NCBI GenBank assembly: GCA_964577555.1
Contig: CAZNZM010000001.1
Location: 87,278-119,277 of the forward strand
DNA length: 32,000 nt
Source of the DNA: an uncultured archaeon
GTDB taxonomy: Archaea > Iainarchaeota > Iainarchaeia > Iainarchaeales > Iainarchaeaceae
Direction: 5' to 3'
Shown: piece by piece, positions 1-9,471 of the stretch
How positions within the stretch are numbered: the first letter of the stretch is position 1
Layout of the letters: each line of letters begins with the position of its first letter
The notes under the pieces: model-generated
Told to the model about the DNA's origin: nothing
Database searches by the model: none
The model's input: the letters and a program-made list of their open reading frames with translations, nothing else
Translations under genes and position numbers: made by a program

Positions 1-140
1 ATCTAAAAAAAATGGCTCGCAAAACAAACACAAAAAAAAACAACCAACAAAAAAAAAATAACAAAAAAAAACAATTCAAAAAAAAATCTAAAAAAAATGG
101 CTCGCAAAACAAACACAAAAAAAAACAACCAACAAAAAAA
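1..140 (-). repeat. Tandem pair of 55-bp direct repeats (1-55 and 86-140, 85-bp period). Core in plus sense: atctaaaaaaaatggctcgcaaaacaaacacaaaaaaaaacaaccaac
   Basis: Bases 1-55 and 86-140 are identical by eye; a degenerate continuation (ctcggcttgtgaaaaaaag) starts at 141. Extent beyond the left window edge is unknown. Confidence 0.9.
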
Positions 141-216
141 CTCGGCTTGTGAAAAAAAGTTAAAAAAAATTGAATTTTAAATTTAAAAAAAATGTTTGGT
201 TAAAATTTGGTTTGGT

Positions 217-471
217 TTAGTTGGTGCAAGAAGTTTGGTCTATTCCGTTGTCGCGAAGGCATTGCAACAACTGGTCGTTTCTTTCATTAAGCCTATCCAC
301 AAGGTCTTTCATGGAATTGTAATCTTCGCTTTTTGCGGAATTAAGGTAAGGATCTATGAATTGATTTGTTGCAAACCCGCCAATTATTAATCCAATAATA
401 AATGTTAAGGCAAGCAGAATTCTTTCAGAAGTCCAAAAATATTGTATAAAACTTTCTTGAGCCATTTTCAT
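217..471 (-). CDS. Small single-TM membrane protein with a short C-terminal coiled-coil-like region
   Basis: 84-aa ORF; hydrophobic segment ILLALTFIIGLIIGGFATNQF near the N-terminus, then a charged tail. Confidence 0.55.
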   Translation of the reverse strand: MKMAQESFIQYFWTSERILLALTFIIGLIIGGFATNQFIDPYLNSAKSEDYNSMKDLVDRLNERNDQLLQCLRDNGIDQTSCTN

Positions 472-570
472 AATGAGAAATTAACTTTATTTAAAATTGA
501 CGCATCAAGCAAGGCACATCCTTTGGTTTTTTTATGTTAATGTTTTGGCAATCGTTGATTTGGTGAAATG

Positions 571-1656
571 TTAAAAGTCTATGCCTTCGCCTTCTATGCC
601 CATTTCTTTCCTGAATATTTTTATTTTTGTGTTTTTGTCTTTAAGGTTTGGTCTTACAAGCAAACATATTCTGCTTGGCCTTGAAAAGTCTTTCAGGAAG
701 TAACCAGAAACTTCTGAAAATTTTTTGCTCCATGATTCTATTTCTTCAAATGTAGGCATGTTCTCTCTTGAAAGCCTTGAACGAGAATCGCCAATATGCA
801 TGTATGATTTTATTTCAACAAATTCTGGCTTCATTGTCCAAACAATGTCTGACCAATCTTTAAGTTTTGATTCGTCGTCGTTAATTCTTTTTATCAAAGT
901 AATTCTAATAACTTTTCGGGTTTTAAGGCTTGAAATAACTCTAAGCGAATTAAGAAGCCTTTGCCAGCCATCTTTGTGGACGCTTCTATTGACTTTGTTG
1001 AACAATTGTTCGTTCGGAGCGTCAAGAGAAACATAAAGTTGTGTTGGCAAATAATCCTTGTTTTGTGACATTTTTTCAAAAACCTCCGTCTTTTGGGCGT
1101 TTGTCACAAGAAAAACGCTTTTTGTTGCTGGCAGAGCCTTTATTTCCGCAATTAATTCGCAAATTTTTGGGTATAAAGTGGGTTCGCCTGACAAGGAAAT
1201 AGCCCAATGAGTCGGAACAAGAGATTTTTCATACCTTGTTTTGCTTACTTTTTCAGATCCGCCAAAACCTGTCAAAAGTTTTTTTCTTTGATGTATAGTG
1301 CCTGAAATTATTTTTTCAGGAGAATCAATGTCCAAGTCGTCAAGGTTTTTATTGCGCATCCATTCCATTGGCCTCCAACAAAAAATACAATTTTCATTGC
1401 ACCACAACACCGTTGGAGACATTTGAGCACAAGCGGAACATTCAATTCCATAAAATTTTTGCTTGTAACAAACACCTTCCTGCCTAAGAGCCTTTTTATT
1501 CCAAGAACAAATTTGGACTGCCGAATGCGAGCCGACAATAGCATACTTTGAATTCTTAAGCTTGGAAACCTGTTTTTTTGAAAGAAACTTGGTTTCATCA
1601 CTATTTGAACACTCGTAATTGGCTTCCGCGCCATCAAAAACTTCAATCTTTATAGA
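571..1656 (-). CDS. taw1: 4-demethylwyosine synthase (TYW1/Taw1), radical SAM tRNA-modifying enzyme
   Basis: CYKQKFYGIECSACAQMSPTVLWCNENCIFCWRP matches the TYW1 signature, including CxxxCxxC and the flanking FCWRP; downstream TNAQ and PTQLYVSLDAP are also family-typical. Start placed at MSIKIEV, near the track start. Confidence 0.95.
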   Translation of the reverse strand, partial: SIKIEVFDGAEANYECSNSDETKFLSKKQVSKLKNSKYAIVGSHSAVQICSWNKKALRQEGVCYKQKFYGIECSACAQMSPTVLWCNENCIFCWRPMEWMRNKNLDDLDIDSPEKIISGTIHQRKKLLTGFGGSEKVSKTRYEKSLVPTHWAISLSGEPTLYPKICELIAEIKALPATKSVFLVTNAQKTEVFEKMSQNKDYLPTQLYVSLDAPNEQLFNKVNRSVHKDGWQRLLNSLRVISSLKTRKVIRITLIKRINDDESKLKDWSDIVWTMKPEFVEIKSYMHIGDSRSRLSRENMPTFEEIESWSKKFSEVSGYFLKDFSRPSRICLLVRPNLKDKNTKIKIFRKEMGIEGEGIDF

Positions 1657-1725
1657 CATACAAAATAACACGTTTAGATTGATTTTAAAAATGAGGGCTG
1701 ATGTTAAAATCCAACCAAGCTCACT

Positions 1726-3229
1726 TCAAAGGAAAGTTCCAATCAAATGCAAAGCCAAAAAAGAAATCGACAAAAAAAAGATTGGAAAAAGCCCAAAAAA
1801 ATTGGCTAATTTCTTATTACCATTAAAAAATGCATAACTAACTGGTAAAACATTAATAGTCATTAAAACGGCTAAAAAGAATGAAAAAATAATCGAATCA
1901 CTCATGAGAATGGGAAAATGATATAAACCAAAAGTCAGTGAATATATAGAAATTATACCAAAAATGACAAAAAACGTAGCTGCAAAAGGAAAAAATATAG
2001 GCTTTACAAAATCTTTCTTAGAAACAAAATCGATTTTAGCTTTTGCAAAAGACTGATCAACCTTCAATAAATAAGAAGCAATACAAAAACCCAAAAAAGA
2101 AAGCAAATTAGCCAAACCCAACAAAGCAAACTTCAAAACGGATGGACTATTATTCCTAAAAACAAACAAACCAGACAATAAACTTCCAAGCATTGAAGCC
2201 ACAATAAAAACAATCAAACCAATTACAAAATAATTTTCAACATACAATTTCTTGATTAAAACAGATTCAGGCGCAGTAGGAACAACCCACAAATCATCCT
2301 TAAAATTACTTGAAGGAGAATTTATATTAATTCTTGTAAATTCAAGATTGACAATCCTGGTTCTATGATTAAAAAATTCCGCTATTTCAGGCTTTTGAAT
2401 TTTAGGATTATAATTGCCAATCAAATAATCTATTTTTGTATAATTTTTTATTTCGAGATAAATTTCAGGAGTAACGTGGCCAAGCACATAAATTGATACA
2501 GGCACCACATTTGCGCCATAAACACTTGCAGGTTTTAGCGGAAAATAAATTTTTTCATACGGAAACTTAACATAAACACCAATAAAATTAGTAGACGAAT
2601 TTTTAGCAACTTCATTTTCAAACATAAACTTGTTAAAATCGGTAATCCAAATAATCACAAAAGAGTAATCTTTGCCAATATATTCACGAATAATTACCAT
2701 AGATTCAGCAGGAAGATACAAATCATTCTCTTTAATATAATCATCAAAACCAGACGGATTCTTGGCACTCACTAACTCGGATTTCAAACCAAGCTCTTCT
2801 ACCGATTCATAAACTTCATAATTACCGCCAAACTTATAAAGAGTAGTATCATTTAAAAGAACAAAAAGAGGAAAAAATGAAAAAACTGGGAAAAAAACAT
2901 TACTAAAGCGGTGTAATCTAAGTTAGACTTTTTCATTTCGTTAACATTGTAACCTACAAGAGGGGGAAAATAATTAACTATATCAACATCAACATTTTCA
3001 GGCAATGAAGAAACAGGAAAAATCCAAACAGCTTTACTCCTTTGACTTCTTTTGGCTGAACAGCCAAAATCATGTGCTGAACTCCATCATAATAACTTAT
3101 TTCAGCCAATTGCCTGCCTTCATGTATCAATGCGAAACTAGCACGAGGCATTAATGAAGCCGAATGTATTATTCCGTCCGAGTAAACGCTGGAACATAAT
3201 ATCACAAAAAACAAAACAAAAAAAAGCAA
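1726..3229 (-). pseudogene. Frameshifted gene for a secreted/membrane-anchored protein with an AVWIFPVSSLPENV segment and a C-terminal multi-TM region
   Basis: ORF 2978..3229 (-) has a signal peptide and ends ...VQPKEVKGVK. The adjacent frame continues AVWIFPVSSLPENVDVDIVNYFPPLVGYNVNEMKKSNLDYTALVMFF. A third frame continues FFPLFVLLNDTTLYKFGGNYEVYESVEELGLKSELVSAKNPSG into ORF 1726..2787. Confidence 0.75.
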
Positions 3230-3489
3230 ACCTTTTAATCATTCGATCAACACAATCTAACCAACAATACCTATAAAAGCTTTACACATTTTGTTAGCGA
3301 AAAAAACTAAAGAAATAAATTGTTTGAAAAAAGTGAATTTAAAACAAAAACTAAAAAGCAGGCTTTTTAAGGTGTATTTAAAGCAAACCAAAAAAGCCGG
3401 ATTTTTTTTGGTTATTCATCCAAAAGGCTTTTAAATAAGTTAATTGTTTCCTAATTACATAATAAATTTTTTTAAAAAAATACGAGGGT

Positions 3490-3762
3490 TTGAACATGTA
3501 CAAATATACTATTGCAAGGCAATTGGCAACCAAAAGGGTTATCACCAACAGAGGAGACGAAGTTGGAAAGCTTTTGGATCTCCTTGTTAATGAAGCAACA
3601 GGTGAAATAGAACACCTGCTTGTGGAAGTGGATAGGGAATCAAAAGTGACAAAGCGAATTGACGTTAAGGACAGAATAATAGAAATTCCTTATTCGGCAG
3701 TTACGGCTGTAAGCGACGTCTTCATTGTTGATGAAAGAGAGCTTGGCGTAAAAGAAATGTAA
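3490..3762 (+). CDS. PRC-barrel domain protein
   Basis: YKYTIARQLATKRVITNRGDEVGKLLDLLVNEATGEIEHLLVEVD...IPYSAVTAVSDVFIVDE is typical of small archaeal PRC-barrel proteins. Confidence 0.88.
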   Translation: MNMYKYTIARQLATKRVITNRGDEVGKLLDLLVNEATGEIEHLLVEVDRESKVTKRIDVKDRIIEIPYSAVTAVSDVFIVDERELGVKEM

Positions 3763-3890
3763 GCCATCTTTTTTGGTTTTAACTTTGAAAATGAAAAAAA
3801 ACATTAAAGCCTGTAGCCATATGCAAATTACGAATAACCAATAATCAAAACATTAAACTAATATAATACTTTTGGTGTTAAATTTACTTT

Positions 3891-4405
3891 ATGCCTTTAG
3901 GAATGCCAACAAGTATAACAAAGTATACTTTAAGACAAATAAGGGAAGCGCTGGCAAATGCTAAAAATGAAAAAGGCAATCTTAAAAAAAATTACAGGTT
4001 TTATTAAGTGCATTCAGAACAACAATTGGAAAATTGGAAGAAATCAGAAATAGAAAAGATGTCTTGAAAAAAAATTCAAAAGACAGGGCAATAACAGAGG
4101 CTGCAGATGCCTTGGCAGACCTTAACTTCATGCTTATCTACGGAATAGGAAACTATAAATTTGAAGGCATAAGCGGAAAAACTGCAAGATCATTTAGAGA
4201 AAATGTAAGAAGAGAATTTATCCGAAATTTACAAGAAAAAAATGGCGATTTCAAGGATGCTATTTCAAAACTTATAGAAGAAATCAAAAATAATAAAACC
4301 GAATTCATCAAACTTTATAAGGTAAGAAGACAAACTATCTTAAAAAGACTAATCTTAGAAAGACGAGAAAGAAAGAAATACTATGGGAAAAGACCAATAC
4401 CATAG
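3891..4405 (+). pseudogene. Hypothetical protein, probably one gene split by a frameshift (3891..4067 and 4034..4405)
   Basis: ATG at 3891 opens MPLGMPTSITKYTLRQIREALANAKNEKGNLKKITGFIKC..., stopping at 4065-4067. The second ORF begins at a TTG inside the first and carries the rest of a basic helical protein. Confidence 0.5.
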
Positions 4406-4466
4406 AATAAAAAATCAATTGAAAAAATTGGAAGGGGATTTAACCATTTCTAATACTAATCTATCA

Positions 4467-5591
4467 ATGCAAATGGACAACTTGACCTTTGCCTATCTTG
4501 TGCATGAATTTGAACCAATTATTTCAGGCGGATATATAAATAAGGTTTCGGAACTTGAAGACAAGTCTTTGAAAATAAAAATTCATACAAAGCAAGGTTC
4601 TAAGGATTTGATAATAACAAAAAATTCCCTTTTTATTTCTTCATACTCGCATAAGGCAAGACATGGGAAAACCCCTTTTTCTGAATCGTTGAAAAAACAT
4701 CTTTATAACAAAAGAATAATTGGCGTTGAACAACACGATTCAGACAGAATAATTTTATTGAAATTTTCTGAATATTCTCTTGTCTTGGAATTCATTGGAG
4801 AAGGAAATAAAATACTCTTGGACAACTTGGGGAAAATAGTTTCCTGCCAAAGAAAAGAAGAATGGGCAGACAGAAAAATAGCAAAAGGCGAATCATACAA
4901 ATTTCCAAAGCACGCCGGATTGGATCCTAAAAATATTTCCAGTGAAGAATTCGGCAAATTGCTGGCTTCTTCAAATAAAGACTTGATAAGAACAATAATA
5001 TCTTCAGTAAACATTTCCCCGCTTGTCGCGGAAGAAATATTGTATAGGCTTAAAATTGAAAAAAATAAAAAAGCTTCAAGCGTTTCAGAATCTGAAGCAT
5101 TGCTTATAGCGGAAAATATAAAGAAAGAATATAATTTTGGCAGTTCCGGTGCACAGCCTTGTGCGTATAAAGAATTTTGTTATCCTTTCAAGCTAATGCA
5201 CATTGCCGAAGCGCCAAAAGAAATAAAATCATTGAACAGTTTTTTGGACGAAGAATTTGCAAATAAAATCGCCAATCATTTGGAAAACAAAAATGAAGCT
5301 AAAAAGCCTGGAAAAAAAACAAGCCTTGAATTCATGAAATTGCAACAAATAGAAGCCAAAAAGAAATTTGAAATCCAAATTTCGGAAGCAAAAGCCAAGG
5401 GTGATTTGATTTATTCAAAATACAACGAAATAGACGAATTGCTTAAACTTGTTCAAAAACTTGCTTTTGCAAAAAGAAGCGAAAAAGAAATTATTGAAGA
5501 AATAAAAAAAATTGCAGAAAAAGGAAATTCCGCCGCAAAAGCTTTCAAAAAACTTGACCTTAAAAATAAATTGATTGAACTCGAATTCTGA
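4467..5591 (+). CDS. NFACT-N domain protein (Rqc2/Tae2/FbpA family), lacking CC-M and NFACT-R regions
   Basis: MDNLTFAYLVHEFEPIISGGYINKVSEL...LKIKIHTKQGSKDLIIT...ILLKFSEYSLVLEFIGEGNKILLDNLGKIV matches NFACT-N. ORF ends ...KKLDLKNKLIELEF, where the family normally continues. Track start is 4383; the ATG at 4467 fits better. Confidence 0.85.
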   Translation: MQMDNLTFAYLVHEFEPIISGGYINKVSELEDKSLKIKIHTKQGSKDLIITKNSLFISSYSHKARHGKTPFSESLKKHLYNKRIIGVEQHDSDRIILLKFSEYSLVLEFIGEGNKILLDNLGKIVSCQRKEEWADRKIAKGESYKFPKHAGLDPKNISSEEFGKLLASSNKDLIRTIISSVNISPLVAEEILYRLKIEKNKKASSVSESEALLIAENIKKEYNFGSSGAQPCAYKEFCYPFKLMHIAEAPKEIKSLNSFLDEEFANKIANHLENKNEAKKPGKKTSLEFMKLQQIEAKKKFEIQISEAKAKGDLIYSKYNEIDELLKLVQKLAFAKRSEKEIIEEIKKIAEKGNSAAKAFKKLDLKNKLIELEF

Positions 5592-5830
5592 CAAAAAAAT
5601 GTTTTAAATAGCAAGCCAGCTTCATATATATTTTTTGATGTTGCATCGGCTTTTGCAAAGAATTAATAGTACATCAAAGACCATTCTTCTCAATAAAATA
5701 ATCAAAACTTACTAAATCTAAAAGCAAAAATGAAGTTTTGCAAGCAAGCCAAACAATGGCAACGTCTGAATTTTATTTTTTAAACAAACACAGGTAAAAG
5801 ATTAAATATTGGGTTTGAGTATATAAAAAC

Positions 5831-6343
5831 ATGAATAAAACAAAGGGACAGGTTGGAACTGAATACTTGTTTGTTTTGGCAGGCGTTATAGTGGTTTCCG
5901 TAATAGCTACAATCATGACTCTCAATTTGATTAATTCGGAAATCAATGGGCCTAGCACTGATTGGAACAAGTTTGAAAGCAAATATGCAAAATTAAACAT
6001 TATTTCAATAATTGACGATGATGAACACGAATATAAAGTAAAAGACAAACCTTTTGGCGGCTATTCATTTTTAAGAGTGGACACTGATAAAATGAAAGTA
6101 AAATTTGAAATAGTTGAAAATGCTCAAGATTATAATGTGTTTTTCAAACAAGATGGAAAACAAATATGCGGTCTGTTTAATCAAGGAAGTATAATAAAAG
6201 GTACTATAACCAGTAAAAGTATTTCTATCAATGGATGTACAAGCATGGTTTTGGGAAAACCAATAGATGTTGTAGTAACAGTAAGATATTCAGAAATAAG
6301 AAGCGAAACAGACATGGAAAAAAACTTTATGAAATTTACTTAA
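5831..6343 (+). CDS. Class III signal peptide (pilin-like) protein
   Basis: MNKTKGQVGTEYLFVLAGVIVVSVIATIMTLNLI: basic N-terminus, KGQxxxEYL, then a hydrophobic helix. Confidence 0.85.
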   Translation: MNKTKGQVGTEYLFVLAGVIVVSVIATIMTLNLINSEINGPSTDWNKFESKYAKLNIISIIDDDEHEYKVKDKPFGGYSFLRVDTDKMKVKFEIVENAQDYNVFFKQDGKQICGLFNQGSIIKGTITSKSISINGCTSMVLGKPIDVVVTVRYSEIRSETDMEKNFMKFT

Positions 6344-6424
6344 CAAATTCTCTTTCCTTCATAAGTAGAAAAAATTTATATATTAGTTCTTTATGTTTTT
6401 TATTCAATTGGATTTTTTGGAGTT

Positions 6425-7045
6425 TTGGCATTGCTTGCAGTAATGCTTTCAGGATGTAATGGATCAACAAACATTGATGTAAGATTATATTCATATGACG
6501 AAAAAGGCAATTATATTCCAAATGTGTTTGTAAATGTATATGACGAACAAGGGTTAATAGTTGCTTCTGGCAAAACCAATGAAAACGGGTATACTGACTT
6601 CGAATTGCAAAGGCCAGAACAATATGAATTCTTCGGGAACAAAGAAGGTTATGAAAGTGCTTCAGTAAAACAAAATATTTATTTTGGAAACAATAAAGTT
6701 AGCCTTTACCTCAAAGAAAAAGAAAAACCAGCAACTAATAGATACTACGAAGGAGAAACAATAGAAGAAATAAGAGGAAAAGGAGAATACGAAGGCAAAA
6801 AACTAAAAATAAAAATTAAAGGAATTGTATACACTGCAAAAGGCGAACAAGAAGTAACACTAATACTATACGACCAAAAAAACAATACTATAGATGTAAG
6901 AACAGTAAAAACCGGAGACAACCTAAAAGACCACTTCAAAGACGAAAAAGACGATGAAATATTAAAAGACAACATATACATCACCAAAATAGAAATAGAC
7001 AAAAAATCAAAGACAGGATACATAGAAACAAAAATAACACAATAA
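6425..7045 (+). CDS. Putative secreted lipoprotein with a carboxypeptidase-regulatory-like/Ig-like domain
   Basis: Hydrophobic segment ending VMLSGCNGS (lipobox-like), then YSYDEKGNYIPNVFVNVYDEQGLIVASGKTNENGYTDFEL. True start uncertain (TTG in the track). Confidence 0.6.
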   Translation: MALLAVMLSGCNGSTNIDVRLYSYDEKGNYIPNVFVNVYDEQGLIVASGKTNENGYTDFELQRPEQYEFFGNKEGYESASVKQNIYFGNNKVSLYLKEKEKPATNRYYEGETIEEIRGKGEYEGKKLKIKIKGIVYTAKGEQEVTLILYDQKNNTIDVRTVKTGDNLKDHFKDEKDDEILKDNIYITKIEIDKKSKTGYIETKITQ

Positions 7046-7202
7046 AAATTGGTGATTCAAATTCAATACAATTTGGCATCAGGCAACTATGTTAACGAAA
7101 GACAATGGATAATAGAAAATGGAGTATATGATAAAACCGCATATATATACTATACAAAAGCTAACGACAAAACAAAATAAAAAAATATGATAAGTAATTT
7201 TC

Positions 7203-7228
7203 TTGGAAGGGGTTTTTACCCTTTCCAA
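7203..7228 (-). terminator. Stem-loop at the 3' end of pgk (ttggaaaggg - loop - ccccttccaa in minus sense)
   Basis: Near-perfect inverted repeat 7203-7211 / 7219-7228 with one bulged base, directly beyond the pgk stop. Confidence 0.45.
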
Positions 7229-7230
7229 TC

Positions 7231-8451
7231 CTAATTTTTACCACCATTGTTGTTCTTTTTTTCCAATATTTCAAGGCCTGGCAATGGTTCGTTTGAAAGA
7301 AATTGCAGTAAAGCTTTTCCTGCAAGCGAAACGTGGCTGAAATCTTGGGGCATCAAGCCAAACATTGTTATAGCCCTTTCAGTATCGCCTCCGCCAAGAA
7401 TTGAAAAGCATCTGTGGAAGGCTATTGCTTCAAGGATTTTTTTTGTCCCTATCGTGAATTTTTTGTCTTCGTAAACACCCATTGGTCCGTTGAAAACAAC
7501 AACTTTTGAGCTTCTTATTTTCTTTTTGAAAATTTCTGTTGTTTCCCGGCCTATGTCTTTTGAAATGCTGTTGCTTGGCAGGCTTTTCACCATTATTTCT
7601 TGTCTTTTGCCGTTTTCTTCAACTGCCACATCAACTGGCAAAACCAGTTTGTTTCCGTGTTTTTCCAATATTTCTTTTGCTTGTGGCAAAAGCTTGTCAA
7701 ATCCTTTGTCTGCAAAAAATTTCTCTTTTGCGCCAAAATTAATTCCTTGTGCTTTCAAAAAAAGTTCGCCGAACAATCCGCCTATACAGGCTTCGTTGCA
7801 CATTCCTGATTCAAGCATTCCTTTGAGCAATGAAATTGAATCAGAAAGTTTTGAACCTCCTAAAACAACCAGTTTTCCAGCTTTTGTTTCTTTGCTTAGT
7901 TTATCCAATGCTTTTAATTCTCTTTCAAGAGTTGGTCCTGCAACGCATGGCATGTATTTTTTGAAGCCGACAACAGTTGCATGTGGTCTGTGGGAAACAC
8001 TGAGTGCGTCTTGGAGAAAAATATCCCCTAAAGGCCCTAATTTTTTTATGAAATCGTCATTTGCGTGTTCTTCTGGTGTTTTTTCAACCTCTTCATCTTT
8101 TTGGAATCTGGTATTGTCCAAAACTATTATTTCTCCGTTTTGCATGTTTTTTATTGCTGAAACATAATCTTCATCCCACTTGACAAATTTTACTTCTTTA
8201 TCAACAAATTTTCTAATAAAATCGGCGTGCCTTTTTAATGGAATGAATTGGTCAGGCTCTTTTGACCTGCCTTGGTGGCTCATTACGACAATTTTTGCGC
8301 CTTCTTCGCTTAATGCATAAATTGCTTTTGAATGTTCCCTTAGTCTTGAAGAAATTACTACTCTGCCTTCAACAACGGAGCTGTTCAAATCAGCCCTAAA
8401 AAAAATTGTTTTGCCTTTTAAGCTATAATCGAATACACTTTTGTATTTCAC
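7231..8451 (-). CDS. pgk: Phosphoglycerate kinase, archaeal type
   Basis: TIFFRADLNSSVVEGRVVISSRLREHSKAI, VVMSHQGR, SVSHRPHATVVGF, VVFNGPMGVYE, SILGGGDTERAI. GTG start. Confidence 0.97.
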   Translation of the reverse strand: MKYKSVFDYSLKGKTIFFRADLNSSVVEGRVVISSRLREHSKAIYALSEEGAKIVVMSHQGRSKEPDQFIPLKRHADFIRKFVDKEVKFVKWDEDYVSAIKNMQNGEIIVLDNTRFQKDEEVEKTPEEHANDDFIKKLGPLGDIFLQDALSVSHRPHATVVGFKKYMPCVAGPTLERELKALDKLSKETKAGKLVVLGGSKLSDSISLLKGMLESGMCNEACIGGLFGELFLKAQGINFGAKEKFFADKGFDKLLPQAKEILEKHGNKLVLPVDVAVEENGKRQEIMVKSLPSNSISKDIGRETTEIFKKKIRSSKVVVFNGPMGVYEDKKFTIGTKKILEAIAFHRCFSILGGGDTERAITMFGLMPQDFSHVSLAGKALLQFLSNEPLPGLEILEKKNNNGGKN

Positions 8452-8670
8452 GAGAACCCAATCCTCCCGAGGGAAAAAAACCCTTTAACTATATTTTTCT
8501 AAAAACAAATATTTATTATTAACCTGGTTTTGCAAAAAAAAATCAAGTTTTGGTTTTTAAAAATAGGGTTGATTTTTGGTGAATGGCAATTTACCTTGGA
8601 ATTCCTATTTTGGTTCGAATTGTTTGCCAATCTTTTTAAATTTGGATTTGTCAAATTTTATTTTGTAAAG

Positions 8671-9438
8671 GTGAATTTTTTGAAAGCGATTGATTTGAAA
8701 AAAGCCAGTGGTTTGCCGATAAAATTGATTGAAAACAAATTGGTTTTCGGAAAAGGAATGGAAAAAATCGAGCCTGATATAAGGACAAGGGAACAAATGT
8801 TGCCGGTGCTGAAAAACCCTGATTTTGCCTCTCCTAAGGAGTTTTATTACATGTATAGGGATGTCAAGTTGAAAAAAGATGAAAAAAAACTGATGGAAAA
8901 TAATGTTAGGTATGATATAACCGTACTTCCGCCTTTTTTGATTGGAGACGAATTTAACAAGACTTTCGGGCACTTTCATCCAAAAGTTCCTGGAACTGAA
9001 ACATGGTATCCTGAAGTTTACGAGGTTTTGCATGGCACCGCACATTATTTGTTGCAAAAGGAAAATGAAATGGTTGTGTTTGATGCAAGGCCGGGAGACA
9101 AGTGCATTATGTTGCCTGGCTATGGACATATAACTGTAAATCCTTCGAAAGAAACTTTGGTAATGGCTAATCTTGTATGCCCGGAATTCAAATCGGATTA
9201 TGAGCCAATAAAAATGTTGAAAGGCGGAGCTTATTATGAAACAATAAATGGTTTTGTTAAAAACAAAAATTATTCAAAAGACGTTTTAATAAAAATTATC
9301 GAGCCAAAGCAATTCCATGATTTTGGCATAACAAAAAAACCGCTTTATAAAGAGTTTTCTTCCGACCCAAAAAATTTTTTATGGTTGTCAAAGCCGCAAC
9401 AATTCATTCAAAAATTTGCAGAATATAATAAAAAATAA
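8671..9438 (+). CDS. pgiA: Glucose-6-phosphate isomerase, archaeal cupin type
   Basis: TFGHFHPKVPGTETWYPEVYEVLHGTAHYLLQ cupin motif, then PGYGHITVNP; N-terminal GKGMEKIEPDIRTREQM. Start set at GTG 8671; the track start 8530 adds an implausible Phe-rich stretch. Confidence 0.93.
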   Translation: MNFLKAIDLKKASGLPIKLIENKLVFGKGMEKIEPDIRTREQMLPVLKNPDFASPKEFYYMYRDVKLKKDEKKLMENNVRYDITVLPPFLIGDEFNKTFGHFHPKVPGTETWYPEVYEVLHGTAHYLLQKENEMVVFDARPGDKCIMLPGYGHITVNPSKETLVMANLVCPEFKSDYEPIKMLKGGAYYETINGFVKNKNYSKDVLIKIIEPKQFHDFGITKKPLYKEFSSDPKNFLWLSKPQQFIQKFAEYNKK

Positions 9439-9471
9439 GAAAAAATTAAATAGAAAAAATTTTCAAAAAAA

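Noticed and set aside
1-140. Possible CRISPR array
   Set aside because: Only two identical units with an A-rich, repeat-like intervening segment rather than unique spacers; no cas genes in the window.
196-390. 64-aa plus-strand ORF
   Set aside because: Overlaps the more plausible minus-strand small membrane protein (217..471) and has no recognisable features.
5592-5830. Candidate tRNA or structured RNA in intergenic DNA
   Set aside because: No T-loop GTTCRANNC-type sequence or cloverleaf was recognisable by eye; a tRNAscan/Infernal run would be needed to exclude it.
7490-8167. 225-aa plus-strand ORF antisense to pgk
   Set aside because: Shadow ORF; Ser/Phe/Cys-rich translation of the complementary strand of a well-supported pgk gene.
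8605-9129. 174-aa minus-strand ORF antisense to pgiA
   Set aside because: Shadow of the cupin-type isomerase coding sequence, which has clear motifs on the plus strand.
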